A stretch of DNA of 62,914 nt, the filler included, from Phoronis australis (taxonomy: Eukaryota; Animalia; Phoronida): the NCBI GenBank assembly GCA_002633005.1. It is 3 parts of 3 records of this genome, joined end to end, with 100 filler letters (N's around TTAATTAATTAA, not from the genome) between each part and the next. Parts side by side here need not be neighbours in the genome. Positions count along the whole stretch, not along the records: positions 27,533 to 53,704 come from NMRA01001335.1; 2 more parts are not named here. One strand, 5' to 3'. Made by a program: the position numbers and the translations under genes. Of the stretch, positions 37,857 to 50,773 are shown one piece after another. The notes under the pieces were generated by a model, which was not told the origin of the DNA, made no database searches, and saw nothing but the letters and a program-made list of their open reading frames with translations. The first letter of the stretch is position 1. Each line of letters starts with the position of its first letter.

Positions 37857-39617
37857 ATGTTGGACGTCGAGTTCCTCGTGTTGGAAGACCCCAGTGTTTT
37901 AAACATTTTGCGTGAGGCAAGTATGTACGTGTGTGTGATAATAAAATCTATGTACCACTGGATTTTGTAGTAATGCAGGTTTAGGCCAAATAGATATACC
38001 CCGTCGAGAGCGCGTGACAGATCACACGTGGGAATGTTAATATTGTTAACGTTGACCTAGTCGGCACGAGTTGCCTTTAGCTTACCTTGACAATGCAGTC
38101 ACTAGAGTTGGATTAAACCCCATTGTCCTGGCTTAGTTCCGACTTCCTCATGGTGTACTTATCCCATGTTGTGTAATAATTGAGTAACAAACGTGCTCTG
38201 CATGCTTAGTGGTTAGCGGAATGGGGCCATGATGCCCCCCAGTAACTTACGAACATGCAGTGAAAATTTCCCCAATTTTAGTTACCTCTATAATTTTTAT
38301 GCTCTGTCGGCAATGCCTGGCTGTTGTATATGAAATGATATTTCAACACACACTTGATAACTACTAATCACTGATAATAAATATCTATTCCTGCAATGAC
38401 AACTCTGTGCTTGCAGTGTACTACCATTTGTGAAAGTTAACCTAAATTTGACATATTACTTTTATACAGAATCTTTCACTGTTCAAGAAGCGTCACTATC
38501 TATCAATTCTATCCATGGGTGCTGTGAAGAATCGGGTCGTCATGTAGACCAAATTGAGGCCAAAGCACTTGTTGTGCCCATACCTCACATTTCACGTGAG
38601 TTTTGATGCCATGGAGTCAACCTTTACAATTGTTTTGCTTTATTGTCTCACATCTATTCACTATCCATTCTAGAAAATATCTCACTTACTCTGGATAAAT
38701 CAGATTCGATCAGACTACAATTTATTGACTTATGCATAAATTCCTTTGTTTAAGAGGTTTCTGTTACCTTTTATGAAATGAATACCATGAAATTTAAATA
38801 AATCTAACTAAATCTAACTAAATAACCACTGTTTAATGTATGCTAACTGTTTCAGATGAGGAAAAATCACTCTTAGTAAGCAATCTTGAAATATACTGTA
38901 ATTGATCTGACAAAATATGCATAAAAAATGTGAAATTGGAAACCTCAGATCCGACAGCTTTGAAGTCAATCTTTGAGATTTGCTTCATTTTTTTATGTTC
39001 TGTGCTTACTTGGGTCTTTTTTATTTTCAGGAAGTCATCGTTGCTCGGTTTGTATTAAGGAATTCACACACCGCAGCACATTGATCCGTCACTTTAAAGA
39101 ACACGAGGGAAACTTGCCATTTCGGTGCCAACTGTGTGACCGGCACTTCCACAACAAAGGGGCACGTGAAGATCATGAAAGAGGGAGCCACGAGGCCAAA
39201 AAAATACCGTGCAAAGTATGTGGGCGTACTTTTGCGTCACAGAGTGGCCTGCGGCGACATAGTGAGGTGCACTCACCCACTACATACCAGTGCAATGAGT
39301 GCAAGAAGTGTTTCGACAAGAAGAGCAACTTCCAGTCTCACCTGCGGACACACAGTCGTTCAGAGTGTAAGCTGTGCCACAAGACCTTCTCTAGAAAATC
39401 CCATCTAGAAAATCATGTTGTCTCGGCCCACACTTCAGGCCCCCACTTCAGTTGTCATCATTGTGCCTTCACTACAAATCACCAGAGGTCATAGGCAAGA
39501 CACCCGGCTACCCACAGTGACGTCAAGCCCCACATGTGTAGCAAATGTGGCAAGGGGTTTTCCCGGAAAGGCTACACTTTACAACATGAGAAATCATGCC
39601 AAGGACTGGGCAATTAA
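37857..39617 (+). pseudogene. Three-exon C2H2 zinc-finger gene (7 fingers) with one premature stop, inside the CACGG element
   Basis: Exons 37857-37920 (ATG..|GTATGT, phase 1), 38470-38595 (126 nt, AG..GTGAGT) and 39031-39617 splice in frame; tandem CxxC-x12-HxxxH fingers; TAG at 39492-39494 replaces the conserved Leu of finger 6 and the frame continues through finger 7 to TAA. Confidence 0.8.
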
Positions 39618-40309
39618 CATTGTGTCTTCATTTTAATGTATTTTCCATAAGTTTTATTTTGTAGCTTACTTTTTGTTATGCATGCACATGTTTTCATTTG
39701 CAAGTTCTTTATATAGTCATCTCTCTCAGGACATGAGATGTCCGTCCGCAGCAGTTATTGCGTTGACGTCTAGAGGAGCTCTGGAATTTTAACTTGATTG
39801 CTTTGTCTGAACTTGGAATTCTTTTTAATCTCAAAATGGTGTATGGAATTTTGTTTGTAAACTTGTACATGTTGTTAATCGCACAAGCCATATTTCTCCG
39901 GGCAGTTTTCATCACCAAACCATCGGCGTCACGGGCAATAAAATGTAATCTACTGGAATAGATCTATAGTTTTCTGTTGAGACCAGACTGACCAGAGGTC
40001 CAGACAGTCTCTCACGATGATTTAGTGTTATGTAAGAACATGAGCGTGGCGGCTAAGAAAATGAGCATGGTGGACAATCTGTCACCTTTAGTACGGCACC
40101 GATAGTCCTGATGTTAAAGTTGGGGGATTAGGAGTTCAACTGAACAATGGGCGTCATAACAGGATAAGGTAATAAATTTTAATGTCATTAAAATGGAGAA
40201 AAGTAAGTATAAATATATTATATTTCTAAGTACCATGGTTGGTCCAAATCAACTCAAAAACATTAGCACAAGCACTGCTAGAACAAAAAATGCGTAGCAA
40301 ACTCACTCA

Positions 40310-40737
40310 GGTTGATCTGTATTTCTTGAACCGCATGTGGAACACAGCTCCCAGTCAGGAGTTTCTGAATGACTGCAGTGAACACTGACACTGTGAGCTA
40401 TGCCTTAGGCTATGGTTCTGGTCTTGGAATTACTCGACTCATCTGTTTCTGCCGTGAGTCCAAAACGGTCACAGACTCCTACTAACATGGAATGAGAATG
40501 ACTGGAGTTCGCTTGATCAGCCCGACCTTGCTGCTGATGACCGCAGCATTCACATATTCCAAAGCCCAACGATGAATGCGAGTGGGACTCATCGGCATCG
40601 GATTCAGATGGCTCGTTGAATAGAGTCCGCTTTGATGTTGGCGTTGACGACCGAAACTTCACTGGAACGTGTCGAACTAGCGCCGAAATAGGTGAAAACA
40701 ATTGATGTCTTTTGTTTCCCCTACTACGTGCTTCCAT
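40310..40737 (-). pseudogene. Unknown Ser/His/Cys-rich ORF convergent with the zinc-finger gene
   Basis: ATG at 40737, 110 codons, one TAA, frame continues (..WELCSTCGSRNTDQP) to a GTGAGT donor at ~40309; duplicated SHSHS....G.C motif. Confidence 0.4.
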
Positions 40738-43283
40738 CAGGCAATAGCATTCAGATGTTCAGGCGTTATAAAACAACGGACAGAGTAAACAATGAAAGCA
40801 AACTATTTTTTTATGAAAATGGCACGCCGATACCCTCTGGCCCAAAGACCACAACATTTAACTCAAAACGAAGCATGTTGCGCATTTTTGTCTATATAAA
40901 CATAATTTTATCCACTGAGTCAGTTATAGAACAAATTAATTTCAGTCTTTTAATGTAACGTTTTAGTCAAGTCAAAAAATGCGTTCGAGGATAACTGGTT
41001 CTCAGGTAAACTATTGTCGTAACCAGTATGACACACAACCATTGATAATAATATTTTGTCCGGCGGTCATGTTCAGTCCCTGGCGGTCCTGTTTTGTTGT
41101 GGGGCAGTCACGTTTTTAGTTGCGTCAGTCTGGTGCAGTGGTCCCATTTGATCCCCGGATGTCCTGTTTTGGGTGAGTCGGTCCGATTTGGAGGACCGGC
41201 GGCCATGTTGTTTCTCACCCGTGTCAATGCTAGCTGCTATTTGCTGCTATTCTCACCACGTCAACTTGATCAATTTTTAAGATCCAATAACTTTCACTAC
41301 ATCGCTATCTTGAGCCACACGATCACCATGTTTGCTAACTTGTGCAACGTGGTCACCACATCAATGTCTCAAGAGACATGGTCATTTCTAAGTGAGGACG
41401 TCAAGTGTCTTCCTTCTCCCAGAATTTTCAGTATATATTGGAAGTGCAGCGGCATTGTTGTAACCAGCAGTAGCCATAGTGGTCAGCGTTGCGATAGCTG
41501 CTTGGGCCAGAGGAACGATTCCTTCCTTTGACCCTGAGAAATCCAAAATACGACTCAACGATAACTTTCCAATGCCACTGTTTAACCATTCATTAGCTGA
41601 CCCATCTCCTCTATAACGTCTTATTCTCATCTGCATAACTCATCCTCCTGCCATACCCCAAGCCCACTAACATCATTAAGAGCAATGATGGGCATTGAAA
41701 CTTGTACTGAATGCCTACTCAAAGATGAAAGGATTCATGTACTGAATAACTATATCCTGCAGCTCGAGTCACATGTGAAGTGCTGGCAAGAAAGAAGCCA
41801 GTCATTGCAAAGACTACTAGGTTATAGCACTTTTGCCTACTGCTCAAGATGTATTCTGAAGGGTCTTCAGTTCGAAGGTTCTGTTGTCAAAAGGTTCAAC
41901 AATGTTTACTTTCAGAAAAAGGAAGTACAAAGACTACAGTTTTCAAGAGTTCAGGTCATATTTTATGTCTGTCACTTGTTTGTTAACAATAAATATACGG
42001 CCTTGTATATAATCTACAATTATGTTGTTGCACTGTTAGCTAGCTTAGAGAGTGCTTCGCAGTTTGTACATAATATTAAGACTGATCCTCATACAGAGTA
42101 ATCTAGGGATATGATTGGCACTTCCTAGGTCATTATCCTATGCATTTTTGGACTTTTTTCTAGGCATTTCTTCAGATATTTTGCATTATGTGTAAGTCCT
42201 GTGTGGTTGCATAATATGTGATTTTGATGGGGACAGCACTTACATTTTTTGCCTGTGTACGTTGTGGGTTGCATTCCTGGATTCCACAACTTATCATATT
42301 TTCCTTCAGTTGGTGTTAATGATTTGAGTACTAAGTATTTTTTTCATCCAGCAGTGCTTGTGTTTTGGGCCTTCACAAAGTAGATGTGCCAAAGAACAGA
42401 TACCGCAATGATGGCTAATCAACCAACTGGTGATCAAGATAAAAAGGAGAAGCAACATGGTGGTGGTGATGGTAAAGAAGTCATTGTTATTGAAAGACGT
42501 TTACCAGGGCAACCAAGGTGAGTATGGTGTATTTCACTTGCTCGTGTCATCAACAGGAGGGAGTTGATAAGCATTCAATTTCCAAGTGTGTTGCATATAT
42601 CACGGGTTTCTGCCTCTTACGATCATACTTTTACTGATCCAACACCTCTTCGAACCTAAGGGTCAGATTGAAGAAGGCTTGAAAACATACAAAGAATTGT
42701 GCAATATCAGTGCAATATGTTACTGGAATTTTTGACAAAAAATGAAAGTGTTCTGTGGGCTGAGAACCAAGAGGCCAAGTAAAAGGAAATATGAATCAAT
42801 TTTTTTGTCTGGATTGAAAGCAAAGGAAAGAGACATTCTGGCAACAAAAAACAAAAACCTGAAAATAGCTCACTAGTTCAGTCAAAGCATAGGAAGCGAA
42901 GATGTATGTATTGTTGTGACGGGCACACCCTCCCTTTGTGAATTATAGAGTTACCGTTTGTGCTACTTTTTAAGTTGACTCTACTTGTAGGGGTGTTCTA
43001 TTATGTCACCCATGTTTTAGACTCAGTTCTCCTCTTTAGCCAGGATATTGGCATGTGTGGTTCTCAAGGAAGGTTAAAGAATCCATATATATCAAGACCA
43101 ACAAGCCTTCCATGAATCGAGATCAAGAATTACAGCTTCCACCTATCTACGACATCGTACTACTTCCGGTTGACTTTCTTTACACTGGAAAAATTTTTAA
43201 TTTTCCTTTTTAATACGTAAACTAGGAACCTTTTCGTTCTTCCAATGAAGGATCATCGTAGTTGACATAAATTATGACTTTGG

Positions 43284-43925
43284 ATGGAAAAATTCTCCAT
43301 TCTGCACGGAATTACAGATTCAGTTTTGCTCTCACAGGAAGAGGTCTCAGACCTCAAAAAAGAGATTAAAGAACTGGCAAGTGCTGTGAGAAGCAACGAT
43401 ATGAATACAAGATTTATGGATAAAATAACAGATCCGGAGAAACTATTGAGCAAAGACAAAAAGATAGCTAAGTTGGAAGACAGATTGGACGATGCTGAAC
43501 AATATTCACGAATGGAAAACCTTATCATTCAAGGTCTTGAATACCAGCATAAGTCTTATGTCAGTGCTAAGAAGTCTGATGCACCTAATCAAGAAGAACT
43601 TACCCCGCTGGAAAATCAAGTAATAAAGAAGCTACAACAGTATGACATTGCATTGGACGGAAACGAAATATCTACAATCCAACTCCTTAAAACAAAACCG
43701 ACAAAACCTAAGAAGATTGTAAATAAGATTCAAGAATTAAAGAAAAAGCAGGAAATATTGAAGCAAGGTAGAAAGCTGAAGAGGTCGGATATTTACTGCA
43801 ATCAATTCTGAATTATCGTACACCGCGAGACAGCTCAAAAGGTAAGGGAAATAGAGGGTACTTGGACACAGAACCGAAAAATCTTCATCAAAGTGAAAAG
43901 CAACCATAACGAAGCAAGCACTATT
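43284..43925 (+). pseudogene. LINE (CR1/L2-type) ORF1 fragment
   Basis: Coiled coil followed by LEDRLDDAEQYSRMENLIIQGL (EQYSRxxNxxIxG RRM entry motif) and RKLK.SDIY.N; frameshifted towards the end; no ORF2. Confidence 0.75.
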
Positions 43926-44028
43926 CATCATATTCAGAACCCCTTCCCACTGGGTCTTTTGGCCCTTACCTGTGGCCCGAAATGCCCATACTATTCAGTC
44001 CCTCTGCTCCCTGTTCTTTCTCTTTCAG

Positions 44029-44605
44029 ATGCCTCGCAAATCCTCTCGCTCCACTTACTCACCATACGCTCGCCCGTCACCGTCTTCACAGGCAACCACA
44101 CCAGACGACTCCAGTACTCAGCCGACTCCAGACATCTCCACCATTGCGGCATCCGTCATCACTCAGCTACGGGAGGACCCATCCCTATTGCTGCCATCAA
44201 CTCCTGTATCATCGACTGCTTCATCATCCTCTGCCACGCCTGCACCAGCACCTCAACCTGATGCCATCTCCTCACCTGAACTTCGACCACTACCACCTAC
44301 TTTACCTCACAGCCTGCCGCCACTTTCCAGTAATGACCATTTACCATTAGGTTTTAACCTGGATGATAAGGTTTGTAGCCTTATTGTCACCGACCAATTT
44401 GTAGACTTTTACCATTTGCTCCACCCCACTCACTCCTCCTCCGTCCTGTCCATCACTCTCCAGGACGACCACCAGGTTATTACCTCCAACCCCAAATGCA
44501 AATCTCTACAAAATCCAACGAATGATTCCTCGCATTTCTACTCTATATGTCCATCTACACCACCTCTCACCCTCACCAGTCCCCCCACTTGTGTAAATAT
44601 ACCCA
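44029..44605 (+). pseudogene. Ngaro/DIRS-type retrotransposon gag-like ORF1 fragment
   Basis: P/S/T-rich N-terminus then LPLGFNLDDKVCSLIVTDQFVDFYHLL and, after a frameshift, FLAFLLYMSIYTTSHPHQSPHLCKY; typical of tyrosine-recombinase retrotransposon ORF1. Confidence 0.6.
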
Positions 44606-46033
44606 GACCATTTTGCACTGTTGCGTTCCACCCGAATGGGCATGACCTGTCTTACAACATCTCTTGTGGTGCTTTTTTATTGCCCATCTTACCAGAGATT
44701 ACCATTTTTATGTTATTTATCTGTATTCATTATATTGTGATTGTATTAGTCATAATTAATGACCTTATATCGCCTACCTCCGTCTCCTTTTTCATCTCTG
44801 GTAACGAGCTTGCGACGCACATATAATTTAACTATTATTCGGGACATATGTCGATCATAAATAGTATTTCACTTGTTAAATTTATTTATTAGAAGCATAT
44901 GGACCCGTCTTAATCCTTTCCCCCTCATTTCGGACTATTCCATTATTTGTGTAGGACTACATTGTTTTCCCAGCCTTGGTGTGTTGTTATCTCTGCCTCG
45001 AGTTAGTCTTGGCTCTCATAGGCTGATGATTGCCACGTGTCCTTAGACGTTTTTCTTAAATGTAGTCGAATTATTGTCACTTTAGGGTCGAATCAATCGC
45101 ATGAATGATAGCAAGAATTGAGAGACCTACTGTTGGATGTCGCCAAGCAAGAACCTGAGTCTAGTATTTAGGCTACCAGCGCTCACTTTATTGGATCATT
45201 ACTGAGAACCATCGGAACTTCCATCATGGTGCCAGAGTATTCACTAAACCGTTGCCTAAAAATTGAGTCATTACACAGTTTTTAGTACTCACTACATAGA
45301 TCAGTGGGAAACATTTTACAAAACCGTCTAAGTACTTTTTTGAAGGTCTGTTCATTTGTCCATTTTAAGATGGTTCACATTGATATTACCAGAGCCTCAA
45401 AGACTCCTACAGCTACTTTAGTTTGGAGTCTCCCATTGGTTTAAACAGATGTACAGCCATATAATTGAAATCCCTTTTTGAAGAAAAACAAAAATTTGGC
45501 CAAGTGACTTAAATCAAATCTCTGTTGCAAATCTCATCCAAAACCAACCAAATGTCAATTTGCGAAACTATTGGCGAGTTCATAGTCTGCGCCGTGTCTC
45601 ACTGTGTGTGTCACCAGCTTATACTCTGTGGTGGCATTACTGCGTGATTTTATCTTCACTTGAGAATGAAACAAGTAAGTTTTGAAATATCGTGTATCTT
45701 TTAATTATGTCGCTAGGTCAGTTACTGTATCTACATTCAGTTGAGAGTAGTTTTGTTCAGAAAGTATGAACGTAACGGAATGAAGACTGTGAACAATGAA
45801 AAGTGTCGTGCATTTAACAAATTCTGTATAACCGAAAACTTGCTCCCGAAGTACAGTCTGCAATAATGAAAATAGTTCTATACATTTTGATTGTCCAATG
45901 GGATGTCAATAGTCACCAACCAGTTGTTGCTTATGATCTACAAGAGACAAATGTAACTACTCAGTTCCTTATCAATTCTGCAAAAACGCCGAAACAGCAT
46001 GAAACTGTATTTTACCAAATTAAATGCTTTCAG

Positions 46034-46203
46034 GATCTCCAAGTGCTTTGTCTGGATGAAGGTGTGTACTTGCCTAACACAAACTGCAAAGAAATATGAC
46101 GTCACTGAGGCCAGAGACTGATCAGAATGGGTCTATCGGACATCAGGCATACAGAAATTTTATCTTGTGGCAACATGGACATCTTGGGAGACACGTGGGC
46201 AGT
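46034..46203 (+). pseudogene. P2X7-ballast-like (KolX) domain fragment
   Basis: ttttcAG-like acceptor (ctttcag) then DLQVLCLDEGV and, after frameshifts, HQAYRNFILWQHGHLGRHV, matching the AYRxFxxWxxGxLGxxxR signature. Confidence 0.65.
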
Positions 46204-46235
46204 TAAAAAACTACAAGACTTGTTGAATTTCAAAA

Positions 46236-46375
46236 ACCTGGCTTGGCCAATGTTGCAAACAGTCCAAGTATAGGCCAAAAACAAGTCTGACTGGTTTCAC
46301 TTTAAGTGGGCCAATCTTATCGAGCACAATCCACCTCCCCGAGGCGGAATGGTTTTGTCTAGCATGTGACTCCAG
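46236..46375 (+). pseudogene. PHD-finger fragment
   Basis: Across frameshifts: TWLGQCC..., DWFHFKWANLIEHNPPP, EWFCLACDS. Confidence 0.65.
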
Positions 46376-47433
46376 CATACAGCATACAATCAAATGAATG
46401 ACATATTTACTTCCCTAAGTAACAATTACCTCATTAAAGACAAGACACTAAAGCGAAAGGCTCACGCGCAGCATGATTAAAAGGAATGTCCCCCCCCCCC
46501 CGAGACTTTTTGCACTTGTGTCAGAAAAGCATAATATATTACGATGGACAGATGTGACAGCTTCCATACCAAAAGACCCTGTCTGCTGCAAGCTTGCTGC
46601 AAACATGCCGCAAGCTTGTGGCACACAGTTTTGTTTGCAGTAAACCAGCTGCAATGTTTGCAGGAGTTTGCAGCTACCCGCAACTCGGCCGCACACACAC
46701 ACACAGAAGTAAGCAGGAAGGTTGCGGCAAACTTGATGATTTAAAAGTGTTTGCAGGAAAGTTGCAGGAAACTTTATTGATGAAACAGTGTTTGCGGAAA
46801 AGTTGCAGAAAACTTTATTGATGAAAAAGTGTTTGCGGGAAAGTTGCAGGAAACTTAGGTGTTTATAGACAGTTAGCATTACGTTGTGACATCAATGGAA
46901 GAAATTGTAGGGGTTTCTTATTTTCTAATTTCAGACAAACCTGAAATGTATCATAATGCAGTTATCTGATGTTATCCCAACAAGCAATTCCCAGCTTTTC
47001 TGGTCTAACAGAACATTAAAATTAAAAACTCAATAAAACAAAGAACAAAAGTATCCTTCAAATGATTCATTTCATTTATTGACAAACTTTTCCAAAGATA
47101 ACACTAAGCAAACATTGGTAAAACTGGTCAATCAGACATATCAGTTCTTCAAAAATAACTGCAACAAAATATCCATTTCTTTTCATCTACAATTTAATTT
47201 AATTCTAGCAAAATCCCAACAAAACTGAGCACATCCATTTAAAAATAGGCCTACACAAAACAGTGGTTAAATGCAATAATGTCATACAAAATTCTGTTTA
47301 AAAGTTTACAAAACGGCTATGTCATTACGACAAAAATTAGACTATATTGCAAATCAACTCTCACAAGAATTGCCCAAGTTCGTCAGAATTACAGTGAAGT
47401 CACTTCAATGTATTTTGAAAACTATAGTACATT

Positions 47434-50400
47434 TCAGTCAGATTCAATAACATTTGGGAGGCTACACAAAAATAATTTCCCATCACTGCCAGGGATAACA
47501 ACAACATCAAGTATTTTTGTAACATCCACTACCCGAACTGCCTCGGTTTGCTTAGCAATTTTAATGTGAGGTACATTGACCTTCAGCCCGTTGGGTTTAA
47601 CAATGTTATCATCCACAATGTTCAATGTTTTCATTACTGCTAACAGAACAGACCTACATAGGCAAATGTGTTCATTACAGTTACAGGTCTTGGCAAGGAG
47701 ATAATACTGTATGGATCCATAACATGTGACATGTGTTACATAATCAATATATTTTACTGTGTAGGTATTTCTGACAGTTACTCTGTTGTAATTTTGTGAA
47801 TGTAAAACAGTTCCACGGAGAGAAATTCTTTTGTAGCAGAGCATTTTACTTGGTGAAAATTTACACTCACTCACAACTTGTGCATGAATTACGTCAATTA
47901 CATTTGCTTTTGAACAGGCTCCTAAGGGCAAAGAAGATGATGACATTCCTGAAATTGGTCTTGAAATAGTGTTTCTTGCCCAGCTTTTCTGCAAACTTTT
48001 TAAGTTCTCCATCCTTAATATTCTGAAGCAACGTTGACACATTTTGTACAACATTTAAACTACATAATATCCGGACCTCTACATTTTGAGTACCGTGGTA
48101 TAGTTGCATAATCATACCATTGATATTTTCGAAAGGAAAACATGAATAGGCCCATAATGGGCCCAGATCTTCAACGCATTCCGGTACGTGGAGCAGTGAA
48201 TGAATATTGAGTGTAAGGTACCTTTCACAATACAGAGATGAAAACATCATTGTGTACAAAGTAAGACAAACAAACACGACTTCTCTGCAAATCATCATCA
48301 GAAATGCAATCAGTGGACAGCAGAAAGATACCTTGAACAAAACATGCGTAATGCAAAAGGTATTGCTCTGATAAAATATTTTGCAATATAGGCAGTGAAT
48401 AGAAGAACAGCCATGATCTTAACTCAGAAGCTTTCCAATACTTGAAGTGCTCAGACAGACTCCTTGGTATACGTGAAATAAAAGACGGTGGCTTAATTTG
48501 GAGCAACATTTTATCTATAGTACCAGCATGCTTAGAAATTGAAAACTTTCTCTTTAGAATGAGAAGGACTCACCCACAGTTTGAGAAGCAATTTGGTGCA
48601 CCATGCATGTAATCAATTGATGTTGAATGCACAAAACTATAGGACTGTACAGCCATTAAAAATGATGGGCCTTTAATACCGTTTGTTACAGTTTTATTTT
48701 GCATTGCTGTCACTGCATCTTCATGACATCAAATATCTCTTCTAGCTGCCAGAGGTGGTTGGGTAATATCATATGGAAAAATGCGTACTATGTTCCCCCC
48801 AGCTTGTGTCTTATAAGTTTCTCCAAGGTGGAGACACCTCAAACAGCTATGGGCACCATTGAATTGGTTGCAATTTGCAACAAGACTTTTTGCAGGGAGG
48901 TCTGCTGTTCCACATATTAGAAAGCAACGAGTAAGATATTTTACATTATTTACAATATATTCGATCCCTTTATTTTCAAGCTTTATTAATGAATTCATTA
49001 ACGGCTTGGTAAATAAGCTCATCAAAGGTTTTTTTTCTCCAAACCAAAGGCCACAAAGAATCATATTTTCTTTTAACATCCGGGTTTTATAAGGTAACTC
49101 GTTTATCACTAAACAAAAAGGCCATAATGAAAATTTTGAGCTTTTGAAAACGGGTATTCCATCAGTGTTCCACGTAAACGAAATATTGGAGGGGTTTTGT
49201 GCAGAAAGAGGTCCACCTGGATAAGAAAATTTTTTGTACATTTTGCCATCACAAATGTCTTCAATTCCTTGTTTTTTACGAGAAAATCGTGTTTATACAG
49301 ATTCTAAAACTCCGGGTCTACTAAGAATCTTCTTCAGTTGAGTTTCTAAAGGTATTTGAATAAAATAATCTTTTTATTTGCAGCCTGACAAAGATGAATT
49401 ACAATTCGTGCATAAGAGATCATCCTCATTAACAGATCGCATGCAAACCTTACAATAATAATGTTTAACAAGGGGGGATTGGACATCAGCAAAATATTTC
49501 TTAAACATGTAGATACTATTAAGCCCAGGGTGAGAATTTAGACAATGTAAGCTGATTAAAGTCAGTAAGTCTGACAACTGAGCACCGCTCACAGAATGAC
49601 AAATTGTGTATAATAGTATCATAGTCATGCTGACGTAGATGGTCATTGAATGTCCATGATAAATAGGACTGTCACCAGAGAACATGTCTGAAACACTTTC
49701 ACAATCACTCTCTTCGTCATCACAGCCGATATCAAAATCACACCATTTTTCTTCTGAATCATTTACCAACTCATCACAGGGGTCGTCGAACGAATTTTCA
49801 ACAATAGCACTGTCATCAAAAAAACAATTCATGACTTCGCAGAAATCCGTAGGTTCAGCAGCAGATGTTGAAGGGACTGACTCACAACCAATTAAGTTAC
49901 TAGTACCTTCCTCTTCATCTGTTCTTTGCTTCTTTTTATGCACATAGTTCTGTGGTCTTACTCTGCCAATGGAGTCTATCTTTACTTTCCGGTTTTGAAT
50001 GTGACCTGACAAATAAAATGTGTCAGGTTTATTTATTAACTTACATATTAAATTGCTTATACTAAAGTCAAACAGTCTTGTAATGGTATGTCAAATGTAT
50101 GAATAGTAAATAGTAATCTACTCTATCATTTTTTGAATTCTTAACTGGTTTTGTGTTGTACCCTTTCCAGCGGTTATACAGTGGCCCTCAGAAGCGGCTT
50201 TTGCCTTCGAGGATCGCCCCTCTTAATTGCTCTCGTATCTCTTGAGTTTATGATTCATGCAGATGTTATGCTTCATACAGTATTACTCAATCAATATGGT
50301 TTATACTGGTTCGTACTAACTGCACGTATGGTTGTTGGCAGTCATATGCCCACATTTTTGGAGCCAGTTTCTCCCCTGAATAACAATTGGTTAGACATAT

Positions 50401-50773
50401 CCACCATTGCCTGATTGTAAAGTACCCTTGCAGGTAAAGGTTCTCACCTGATGTCGTAGCTGGTTCATCCACATCCACATGGCTCTCAACAATGTCATTA
50501 ACATTGCCATCTGTAACGTAAATGTTAAAGTACTGTAGTCATTTTTTACTACACATGCAGTGGGTTTCTTGTAGGAAGTCTGGTGACACTATTGGTGATT
50601 TATAGACATGTATAAGGGTGTGGTGGTTAATTGACAACCGATCTGACAAGAAATTATAAGTTTCATGTATTAAAAAAAGTGGGGGGCATAGCCCCCTCCC
50701 CCCAGCCCCCATGGTGTGCCGCCCATGCAAATCGTAAATCCTTACCTTGTTCAATCAAATCGTTGTAATCCAT
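47434..50773 (-). pseudogene. EnSpm/CACTA transposase (TnpD/Transposase_21-like), three exons, disrupted
   Basis: Exons 50773-50746 (MDYNDLIEQ), 50510-50448 (63 nt) and 50005-47434 join in phase 1. Motifs HYYCKVC..CTNC, DICDGKMY, WNTDGIPVFKSSKFSLWP, ADLPAK..QFNGAHSCLRC, IDYMH, WKASELRSWLFFYSLP, NIHSLLH..LGPLWAYSCFPFEN. Several stops and frameshifts. Confidence 0.93.

Larger units (their letters stand above)
37416..41223. mobile_element. 3.8-kb DNA transposon with CACGG termini and ~170-bp repeat-rich TIRs, no transposase
   Basis: cacgggtgagaaacaacatg.. (37416) is the inverse of ..catgttgtttctcacccgtg (41223); TIRs built of aaca(g/t)gaccgcc repeats; flanks ttaat / tcaat. Confidence 0.85.

Noticed and set aside
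38856-38875. Possible 20-nt micro-exon in the zinc-finger gene (ttcAG..GTAAGC)
   Set aside because: Inclusion would shift the frame between the flanking phase-1 exons.
37416-41223. ProtoRAG/RAG transposon
   Set aside because: CAC ends, possible 5-bp TSD and convergent genes are suggestive, but no RAG1/Transib core or RAG2 kelch sequence and no RSS-like nonamer is visible.
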